Positions 1 through 10,207 of a DNA stretch of 64,000 bases are shown here, piece by piece (position 1 is the stretch's first letter; every line of letters starts with the position of its first letter). The notes beneath the pieces were generated by a model. It was not told the DNA's origin. It did not search any database and was given only the letters and a program-made list of their open reading frames with translations. This stretch comes from Camelus dromedarius (lineage: Eukaryota). Position numbers and translations under genes: made by a program. Where the stretch lies: positions 98,458,001 through 98,522,000 of the forward strand of contig NC_087472.1 in assembly GCF_036321535.1 (NCBI RefSeq), written 5' to 3'.

Positions 1-333
1 TGGCTCAGTAGGTCCGGTTAACTCAAGAAAAGGACAGGCTGATAGCAGCTACTAGGTCTGGAGGCTTCCCCTTTCTAATAAGGCCCCTTGTACACCCAGG
101 AACCTTCCACCATGTTACACAGTCGCATCTCCTGGCCCCCTGACTATAGAATTACAGTACGTGGAGCATCATGGGAAGGGAAGGATCCTCTATGGAATGC
201 TGGCTATGGTCAGCAGTGCGACAATCTGAGTTCGGGGGGATTGCATGTGCTTTCCTCCTCTTTTATACATTTTCCTTCAATAAATGCAACTTTTTTTCTT
301 GCACCATGCGTTGCTAGTGGTATGGGTCCTGAC
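1..333 (+). mobile_element. Possible 3' part of an old LTR (truncated by the window edge)
   Basis: AATAAA near 278 followed about 50 nt later by a TGACA end, with a composition change after it. Family not identified. Confidence 0.3.
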
Positions 334-699
334 AATGGTTAGAAACTTGATTTTTTTAAAAGAGGGTTATCTTATGAAGCAAATGGTGCTTATCTAAGTG
401 TACAGTGATGTTCCATGTTCCCATCTAAAAGCTTGCTTAAATTTACAGCCAGACTGAAGTTTCATCTGATGCATAATCCAAGTACAGCTGGTTAATGATG
501 ACCTGGAGCAGGCACAGAACTTGATGCTTTCAAAGCTTTATTCCTCTTATGAGCACACCTGCAGGCTAGTTGCTCACAAATATGATCAGCTGAGTTTTCC
601 AAAAGCCTAGTCAAAGAAGCTATCGCCAAATCTCATAATTCTACACTAAATCTTTCTGATTTGTTACAGTAATATCAAGGCAAGAGTCTTTGTTATCAT

Positions 700-2130
700 T
701 GATAATATTTTAAATAAAGTTGACCATTTTTCTCCATTGTAAAAGCAATAGTGTCATGGTAGAGAATTTGGTATATGTAGAAAAGCACTAAGAAAAAAAT
801 ATCCCCTGTAATATTCCCCTGGATGTAACTACTCTTCATTTTAATGTATATCCTTTCAGCTATTTTTTTCTATGTGTGCAGATTTAGTTAAAATAATATT
901 GAAGTTATGCTTTTGTAACCTTATGCTTTCACTTGACAATAATACATTATGGGCATTTTCCCATATCATTAAATATCTTACTAAAAATAATCTTAAAGGT
1001 TACCTAGTATTCTAGGATTTGGATCTTTCTTCAATTTCATATATTTAAAAATGTTTATAAATAATATAATAAACATCCTTATATGAAAATCTTGTATATT
1101 CTTGTGACTATTTCCTTAGATGAAATCCCTAGATATAGAACCGTGGGATAATGGGTATGAGTAAGTCTGAGGCAGCCCAATTATTTCCCCCTGGTAGATG
1201 TTTTCATCAACTTCCTGAATACTTGAATTTTTTCTTTTTCAAAGTTCAAAAACTTAAAAACAGAATATATCTCAATGTTTAATGTTCTGTATCATATTTC
1301 CCTAGAATGAAGTGTAGCATTTCAATCAGAAAATTCATTTATTTCTTTCAGGGATTATTCTTGTATAATACTCACAAACATACCTCCTTGCACTAGCGGG
1401 CATCTTTATTTCAGGGTTATCAGTTGTCCTTATATTGGATCATCATTATCTGTCTCTCACATATATTCACTTCCTTTTAATTGTCTTTATCTCTTGTCCT
1501 TTCATCTATATTCCTATGATTATCCCAGGAATTTCTCTATAGTCATAAGTAGGTTTTAGCTAATAGCTTTATGAGTACTGAAAATATGAAAATCAAAAAT
1601 ATAAATGAGAAAAAATTACCTACAGTTTGCCCAGTTATAATTACTGATGATATTCTGGCTCATACCCTTCTAGACTTTTATTTTTATATTCAAGTGCTTA
1701 TATATATGCCTATCTTTAAAAATGCATTCTTTCTAATCTAGGAATTCCATTAATGGACTTTTCCTAAGGAAATAATCACACAGGAATGCAAAGATGTTTG
1801 TGTAAGGATGTTCTCTGTAGCTTAGTTTATCAGAGTGAAAACCTGGAAGTAATCTGAAAATCAGAAGCAGATTCGTTAAACTTTGCTATATTCATCTAAG
1901 TAACACTATACAAACATCAGAAAGGGTATATATAATTACATACATTTACTTGAGAATATCCTCAAAACATTAAATAAGAATTGGTTTTGAAACAGCACAT
2001 GTGGTATGATCCCATCAGTGTTAGTGGCTACTAAGTGGAAAGACTTAGGGCATTTTTGCTTTCTTTGTTACTCCTTTCTGTTTTGGTCAGGATTTTGAAA
2101 TTTCTGTATCTTTGAAAAGAAATGGGGAAA
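700..2130. mobile_element. Degraded old L1 (L1ME-like) fragments
   Basis: AT-rich; 1730-2000 resembles L1 ORF2 3' end (CCTAAGGAAATAATC...GTAAGGATGTTCTCTGTAGC...AAAACCTGGAAGTAATCT). 700-1230 looks like the opposite orientation. Confidence 0.5.
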
Positions 2131-2942
2131 ATTAACAACATAGTTTATTTAAGGAGAAAATATGTCCTATGTAATCCTCAGGCTGAACACTGACACAGAA
2201 CTTCATTACCAGGTCACCATGGCTTCAGGTGCACTCTCCAATTAACAGTCCCAGGCTTATATGATGTACTCTGCTTACAATGTCAATTTGTAAAACTATT
2301 CAATGTTTACTGTCTATTAAACATCTGTACTATACAAACTCATTCCTCATGGATTTTTGGCTGAAAGAAATGCTTTGAGAAATCCCTTTCTGCTGCTTAT
2401 TTCAATCTGAAGACATGATTGCAAGGGTAACCTCATTTGCTGCTGTTTTTCATGTTGCATACTTCCTAGCACACTGCAGAGTCCTACTCCTGGGGCTCTG
2501 AAAACCCAAGTTCCAGGCCCTACTCTGCCCCTAAGTAAATGTGAGTGCTTTTGAGCAAGTATTATGGGGAGATCCTGGGTAAAATCCCATCAGAGGGCAT
2601 GAATGTACTGACTGATCCCTCCCGTGTAATGATGTTTCCTTTCTACAGGAGTATAAATTACTAATGAAAGGTGGCTTAATACGTCAACATATTGTGCCAC
2701 TCAATCCTTGCTATAAATACCATAGTTCAAGGGTTACTCTATGCTTTTCTGTAAGGTGCTTGCCTATTTTTACTGAGGGAGAGTGAACAATATATGTAAA
2801 CTCCTCGCTGAAAGTCATTTTTTCCAGGACTATATATATTTCCCTAAGGTACTTAGGGAGAATATCTATATTTACTATCTATAATGTATCAAGTGCTATT
2901 ATGAATTAACACACCCCTCGCCCCTGTCCTATGTAGTCCTAG

Positions 2943-3066
2943 GATGAGAAAGCTGAACTTTGGGAGTCACATAAACTGTCCCGTGTTAAATGGCCTGAGA
3001 ACGGTAGAGCCAGGATTTGAACCTGGGCATACTGGCCCCAGAACCCACCCTTCTAACATTGTACTA
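2943..3066 (-). mobile_element. MIR SINE
   Basis: GATGAGAAAGCTGA...GTAGAGCCAGGATTTGAACCTGGG MIR core. Confidence 0.75.
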
Positions 3067-3689
3067 AATGTATTTCTTTCTTTAGGTAAAAGCACAGAGT
3101 TGCTGACGGAATCATGACTGGTTGCTAGGCTCAAGGGAATTAAAAAAATATCAATGAGGAAGATAGAGGCAGATTGGGATGAGAGAGAAAGAGCAGGGCA
3201 GGTCCATGTAGTCACCCTCAGGAGTCTTATTTGGATAGGAATGTGCTCAGAGCTTGCCATCTTTCTGTTGGATTACAATGTCCGCCTGGAGGGTGAGGGT
3301 TGAGAGATGCTAGATGACTGCCGTCCTAGTGGTGGACAGAGAAGAACGAAAATGAGCATGTTCCAACCTCCCTCACAGCACTTGTCAACCTGACCCTGTG
3401 ATATGGCTGTTTACTGATCTTTGGGAACTGAGCAGTGTCTGGGTCACCAGTGCTTAGTCATGCAGCCCCTGAGGACAAGCCTGTTTACTGCTTAATGGGC
3501 AACAGGTCTACTCAGCATTGGTGTCAAGCATTATCTGGGTACAATGTGTCTGATCTTCATGATATCATCCATAGCTGATGCTGCTGGGACCACGGATCTA
3601 CCCATCCAGCCTTCTCCTGGAGTGGGAATTCTGGGGTCTCAGAGCCTCCCTAGATGTTAGTAGATTTGATGACTTTCTGTTAGTTTAGT

Positions 3690-4272
3690 GTGGGCCCAGC
3701 TGATGTGGTCAGTGCCCAACCATATCCCTTCACGCCCTTTACCATTTTTGTGTCCACCCACTTCTGGTGGAGGTACCTTCATTCCCCAAAACAAACACCT
3801 GCATCTCCTTGCTGGAGGGCTGCCCCTGGCTGCTGGCACCTGCTTTGCCTGTGCAAAGACACAGCTGGAGGTGTCCCCAGGGGAAGCCCCTGACCAATGA
3901 CTGACAGTCCAGGAGGAGCAACTCCAGTCCCTTGGCTCCCGATGGAGACCCCTGAGGTGTGACCTCCACTGTCCACAGAGCGCCCTCAGGACTGAGCCCA
4001 GGTTACCCTCCGTGGGCTTTGGTGGCTGCTGCACCCTTGCCTAGCCCCTTCCTTCCCCGCCCCCTTCACCTCTACGATAGTGGTTTTCCTTGGGAAAATC
4101 ATTTCCATGCGCTGGGAGTATATTCAAAGTTCAGTCCACTTCTGAGTCTGCTGTGGTTACTTTCTGCCAGACTCCTACGTCTCCCCTGCACAGTGCAGGC
4201 TCTGTCAGTCAGGGACATGCATATAAAAATGCCTTGAAGGCTCCTCTGGGTATGAAAAGGGAGACTCAAGAC
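3690..4272 (+). mobile_element. LTR16-like ERVL LTR
   Basis: Diagnostic words CCAATGACTGACAG, CTGAGGTGT, CACCCTTGCCTAGCCCCTTCC and an AAGACA end. Confidence 0.65.
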
Positions 4273-4280
4273 ATGGTCAG

Positions 4281-4440
4281 GGAACAAGACCAAGGATGCC
4301 CAGGTTTTCTACTTCTATTCAACATAGAATTGGAAGTTCTAGCTAGAGAAATTAGGCAAGGGGGAAAAAAGGCATCCAAATTGGAAAGGAAGTAAAGTAA
4401 CCTCTGTTTACAGATAAAATGATCTCCTATGTTGAAAGCC
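4281..4440 (+). mobile_element. L1 ORF2 reverse-transcriptase fragment
   Basis: Translates as QGCP..LLLFNIELEVLAREIRQ, then frameshifted KGIQIGKE..LFTDKMISY, matching the L1 RT motif QGCPLSPLLFNIVLEVLA...LFADDMI. Confidence 0.85.
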
Positions 4441-5689
4441 CAAAGAATACACCCTTCCCACACACATACCCCACCTCTCCCACACGCACAGCATGGTCAC
4501 GATGGTCTGGCCAGGCTAAACTGCCCAGGGGAAGAGAAAGCTGAAGTGTTTTAAACAATGGAGTGGCATAATGTTTGGGGTTTCCGAGAACAATTTAGGA
4601 GGAGGGGGTGGTTAGGGCAGGGTAAAAGAGGAGAAGGCAAAGAGACGGGGCCAGCAACATGGCATAGTGGCCCCTGAGGAGGAAAAGCGGACAGGTGGGT
4701 AATTTTAAAAACAAGAACAGCTATGAGTTCTGTCTGCTACTCTACACTTTGCTGCTTCTCTGTGCCTGTCCTACCCAAATCTTCAGTGAAAGGCTTTTTT
4801 ATCCATCACTGGCTGTATGGGGAATCAAGGCAGGGAGGGAAATAAAGGCTTAGGGACTGTGTTCCATGGTTGGGTGAGTGCAGAGTGGAGAGTATGGAAC
4901 AACCCCAAGAAGCAAAACATGAGTGAGATGGGGCATCAACAGAAGCAGGAATTGAAACAAGGAGCTTCCTCAGAGCTACTGGGGGCATGCTGGCTTTTCC
5001 CACCACCCATGGGAAAGGGGCTGGCGCCATTTTTACGGAACTATTAAAGACAGCTGGAAGGTTTCGGGCCAGCCAGGTGGCTGAGGCAGGGGCTATGCTT
5101 GTTGTATGCCAAATGGTGGTGGGCAGCCCTCCTACAGTGGGCAGTCTCTGGAAACACTGCTCTTGCCACTGTCTTCATATTCTGGTGGCACTGTGCTCTT
5201 TGCAGCGTGACAGGGCAGGGCACATCTGACAGCTTTAGTGGGAAATGTCTTCTGCTTGGGGTTCAAACTGTGAAACGTCCTGAGTGATGACATTAAATGT
5301 TACTCAGAGACCAGCCACTTGTTTAACGGCTGTTTCCTGCCCATGACTATATAGGTAACTCTTAGCAGATACTGTTGCAGAATCTTTCTTAACAAATGGA
5401 CAAACGCGACAAGATTTTCAGGCTGTTAAGATAACTAACATCTTTAAGACAATTAAAAGCAGTTGAGAGCGAACTATCTTTCCTGTAGGTTTCCCAGTGC
5501 TGGCGAGATCTTGTGTGGAATCTTTCCGTTAGTCACTGACCAGCATCGTTAGAGAGAGATTCTGAAAATAGCAGAAATGGCACAGTTGACATATTGGCCA
5601 TGTGTCAGACACAGGAAAAGTTCAGGAAAGAGTAGAATATTTCTATAGAATAGCACTGGTTTAAAAAAAGCATCTTAAGTCCCAAGTGC

Positions 5690-5990
5690 TGCAACTCCTT
5701 CAACAGGTGTGAGTGACTGGAGAAATTTCCAGTGTGGGCCTGGAAAGGGAGATGCCCTCCGGCTGTCAGTCAGTCGCTGGTCAAGGGTAGCCCGTGGGAG
5801 ATGTAAGTTTGCAGGCACTTCTGCCTCTCTTCCTGTGCACAGGCAAGGTGGGCTCCAGCAGCCCCAGGGTGCCGGCCCACAGAGGGACAAGGTGCTGGCT
5901 GCTGGGAGCAAAGCCACTGGGACTGATGTGCGCAGAAATGGTAAAGGGGTGGAGGGGATATGGGCGGGGCTCTGACAGGGTCTGCTAAAT
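5690..5990 (-). mobile_element. LTR16-like ERVL LTR fragment, inverted relative to 3690-4272
   Basis: Reverse complement shares CATATCCC..CCCTTTACCATTT, TTGCCTGTGCA and GACTGACAG with the first copy. Confidence 0.6.
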
Positions 5991-6719
5991 CGTGTCACCT
6001 TGGATGAGTTCCCTATCTTCCTCCAGCTTCAGGTAACTCTTCTTATGGCCTGGCACGTTCTACTTCTACTTGTATGTTTTCTTTCAAGGTTCTACATTGC
6101 TAGAAGGTTCTTGTTTATGCTCTGGCAAAATTTTTCTTTGTAACTTCGACTTACTGGTCCTGGGCCTGCCTTCTGTCCCTCTTGCCCTTCAGAAAGTTGA
6201 AAACAGCAATTATTTAACCCACCAGAGGGTTCTTTCCTCTTAGTCTAAAATCTCCAGCTGCTTCACCTTTCTCCAGGAGGACGAATGTTTCCAGACCGCA
6301 TCTCTCTCTGGCTGGTCATTTTGGGCATTCCCTGACTTATCAAAGGGCCTCTTAGCATGTGGCATCCAGATAGGAAATCTGTCTCCAGTTACCTTCTGAT
6401 TTGAGTATTCAATCAAGTGTTGTTTAGGAAAGTGTGTTGGTTACCAAATCATCATCTCATGCCACACTGATGGTTGTTAACATCATCTTGTCGGGGGTCG
6501 GAAAGGGTAAGCAAACCCTCGATCTATTTTAAAGTCATATGGTGACTTTTAGCACAGCTGCTAATTTTTCCCGTCTAAGTCTCTGACCTCTGACTTTTTT
6601 GGAGTTAATGGGCTTCCTCTTTTTTTTTTTGGGAAAATGTTGACATCACATCCAGAACAAGTTGTTACTGAGAATAGTGAATTCGAGCTGTAGCAGCAAT
6701 TATTAACAAGCCTCTACCA

Positions 6720-6898
6720 CAGCGGTTCTCACACTTCCGTGTGCATCAGAATCCCTCGGGGCAGGGGGGTTGTTAAAGCAGATTGCTGGGCTCACTCCCA
6801 GGGTTTCTGGTGCGGTAGGTTTGAGGTGGACCTGGGAATTTACACTTCTTAACAGGTTCCCAGGTGATGCTACAGGAGGACCACTGAAAACCACTGCT
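6720..6898. mobile_element. MER5A (hAT-Charlie) DNA transposon
   Basis: CAGCGGTTCTCA...GCATCAGAATC...CAGATTGCTGGG...CCCAGGTGATGC...AAAACCACTG terminal inverted repeats. Confidence 0.85.
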
Positions 6899-7174
6899 CT
6901 ATTACATTCCCTGGCTGCTTGGCCTCTGGTATTATGAGTTTCCAGAAGGCTGGACGAAGTGGTCCCGCCTTCCTCAGTGGAGGGCCACCCACTGTGAGCT
7001 GCTTGATTCCTAGAGCTGTTAGCTCATGGCCAGACCAGGATGTGTCTGCAGCCCCAGCTGTGTGAAGGGAAGAAAGAGAAGCAGAGAGAAAGAAGTGTCC
7101 CAGCCAAGTTCCTCTTAAAAATCTTTTACTTCTCCCACTGATGGTGCCATTCCCTATATAAATGTTTAACTCAG

Positions 7175-7270
7175 CATTACTTATGCCAAAGACAGGAGCT
7201 GGATATACAAAGACCAAGAAACAGTCCCTGCCCTCAAGGAGTTTATAGTCTGAAGGGGGAGGGCAACTTG
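7175..7270 (-). mobile_element. L2 3' end fragment
   Basis: CAGTCCCTGCCCTCAAGGAGTTTATAGTCT motif. Confidence 0.7.
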
Positions 7271-9453
7271 TAAGCAGATCATTTTCAACATAACGATCAC
7301 ATCCTACTTAATACTGCAAAGAAATTAAAATATTGATACTGTCCATAACCATTATTCAAAGGACAAGAATGTTTTTGGATGGACTGATAGTTACATATTC
7401 TAAACAAGAACTTGCAAACATATCTAATATGAAAATTTCTTCAGTTAAAACAGCTCATCATTATCCTCAATGGCAAAATATGTTAAGGTGGCATGTTGGG
7501 CCAGCAGTGAGCATATACTTGTATACAAAATTGAACTTTTGATGTCAAGAGTTTAAAATCTTCCACAGCATCCTTATTCTCAAGGAAGTGTGATATTTTG
7601 AATCGAAACTGAATGCATGGTGATGGACAGATCTGATGGGATGTGATCCAATTTAGGGATTAGGAATATGCTAATTTAACCTTTATCACTCTGAAATTTG
7701 GTTTAAATAAACTGACTGTGTGTTGCACTATTTTATTTTTATCATACATGAGGTCACATAATATAGTAGGGAGGGAGCCCTGGATTCTGGTCCAGACTCT
7801 GTAACTCAATATCCAAGTCACCCAGACAAACCGTACTCTCTCTGGGGCTCATTTGCCACATTTGTTTAAAAAGAGAAACAAGAAATTGGGGAGGAAAGGG
7901 AGAGGATTTGGCTAAATGATCTCAAATATCCCTTCTAGCAAAATTCTATCAGATTGAGTAAAGGCCACTTTATTTCACTGCACAGATCCTTGCACAGTGA
8001 ACCAAACCTGTATTTTATTTTTAAACTAAGAATTTTAGTACTTAAAAAAAAAAAGAAAAACCCAAACTAACCAGCACCCCCCCCTATCTGTAGCTCTAAC
8101 ATTAGGAATTCAAATTGGAGTATTTTTAGCCTCTGGAGTTTAAGCAGGCCCTTAACCTGAGTCCCTGCCTGCATTTTGTAATTTGGCTAACTTAAGTCAT
8201 AAGGCAGTTCCATTTTTGACAACAAAGCACAATTTTACTAATATTCTTATGAACTTCAAGAATTACTTCTAATTGGAGACCTTGTAAGTACCAACGGCAT
8301 ACCAGGCAGAAAATGAAAGAATTTTATCTTTCCTTGGATTATTTTTTTTATGAAATACAACCCCAAGTGTCAGAAATGCAAGTTATTTCAGATGCCTTCA
8401 AAAGGTTCGCTTTAAACAGATTACCAGAGGGGTTGCGTTAGAAAACAGAAAAATCAATTCTAGATGAAAAGCAAAACACACAGAAAGTCTCCAAATTGGC
8501 AAGAAAGAAGAGCTATATTAATCATTTAGTTATTTAAGAGCAGGGTGGAGGAAACGGAGAAATGCTTTCCTAATGTCTCAAGATTGGGGTGGTTTTAGTC
8601 ATTTCTGTGTTGGGTGCATCTTACAAAAATAACTTCGTGAGGAGGGGCCCTTAGAAACTCCAGCCTCTACTGAGCTTTGCAGCCTTACTGCCCACTATCT
8701 CGTCCTGGCACTGAGGATGTTGCAGGCAGTAATTAGACCAGAGCCTGGAAAGTCAGGGAGAGAAACTGGAACTAACTATTTTCTTAAAAGAACTGGTCAT
8801 TCAAAGGCAGAAAACCCAAGTCACCGACAATTTCCTTGTCCACTTTGCCAAGGGATGAGCTGGGCCGGGTCCAAGGACAGGATGGGAGAACTCAGCTGGG
8901 GTCGGGGGCAAGGTGGGAGTAAATTCTCGAATGCGGAACGTGAGACAAGCCAGGGAGACGGAGCCGTCTCGGGAAGGGCGCAGAGTAGGCCCAGCATCTC
9001 GCAAGGGTGAGTCCAGGTGAGGGGCGTGTTCCGTGGCGCCGCTGGCGGGGAGACGCCTCTCGCCCGGGCGCGGTTCCCGCCAGTGGCTCCTCTGAGCGCA
9101 GCGGCCTCCTGGGTGTCAGTGCGCAAAACCGCCACTTAATCCCCACTCCCGCCGGATTAATTAGGGCCTCCTCAAAGCAGAAAGTTGCGAGCCAGGGGCT
9201 TCTTTCCCAAGTGCAGGGGCACCGCGGAGGGGGTCAACACTCCTCCGGCCAGCTGGGCGCCCCTCCCCCCACACCACCAGGCACAGGGTCTCCGGTGACT
9301 CGCGCCCCTCTAGTGAGCGCCCCCGAACTGCCGGCCAGGTCCCCGGGACCCCCTGGTGGCCGGCGGATTGTCAGGTCACCGGAGTCATGTCCCAGGCCTG
9401 GGCGCTTCCTCCCGCGCCCCGGCCCTCCGTTCCCGGCCAGCAGCCGGGGCGCA

Positions 9454-9582
9454 GGGCGGGGCGCGCTGGGGAGGCCGAGGCCGCGCGCTATTCCTGTCGC
9501 TGTGAGCTACCGGCATGTTATGTGCGGCGCCCAATCACGCCTCCGACCCGCCGCGCTGACCGGCGCCCTCCCTCCCTAATCC
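9454..9582 (+). promoter_or_regulatory. Putative KLHL34 proximal promoter (GC box, CCAAT box, TAATCC site)
   Basis: GGGCGGGGC 9454-9462, CCAATCA 9531-9537, TAATCC 9577-9582; no TATA box seen. TSS inferred near 9600-9650. Confidence 0.5.
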
Positions 9583-10207
9583 CCCAGGCTTTGATTTGAT
9601 CCTCCGCGCGGAACAAGCTCACCCTCACCCCTGCCCCTTAGCCAGTTGTCCTCGGCCCTCGCGGGTGCCCGCAGAACCCTCCTGGTCCACCCCTGGGAGG
9701 TCAGAGCCCTTGCCCCGCACTCCCGGGACGGCCCGAGCAGGGCCGCATCTGCGCATCTGGGCCGTCGGAGATCCAGCACCCCGCCGGAGTCAGTCCACCG
9801 GCAGCTCCGCCCTTCCAGGTGATGGTGCGCCGCCACTGCGGCCTCTGGCGCGCTGTTGTGGGCTCCCCAAATTGGGCCGGGGAGGGGGTTTTGGGCAACG
9901 CGCTGGCAGCCTCGGCAGTCGCCGAAACCAAACTCTGCATCCCCCGGAAGACTCCAAACTCCTTGCCCTCCCCTACTAGGGGCTTCTGGAAACCGTTCCC
10001 CGACCGGATTTGCTCTGAGAAGGGCCCGGGGAGATCTACGGACCTGGGCGAAGAAGCCCTGGGATTTAAGCTGAGCAGACAAAAATGGGCCCCTGCTAGG
10101 GGCTCGGCGGCTCGCGCGAGGGGCTCGGGGGCGCCGTGTCCTGGGATGCCTCCGGCCACGCCTGACTGGACCCAGCCCCCGCCCGGCCGCTTCCCGCCCT
10201 GGGCATC

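Noticed and set aside
9346..9361. CTCF-like motif GGCCACCAGGGGGTCC (minus)
   Set aside because: Mismatch at the conserved GGC end, and such matches are common in CpG islands.
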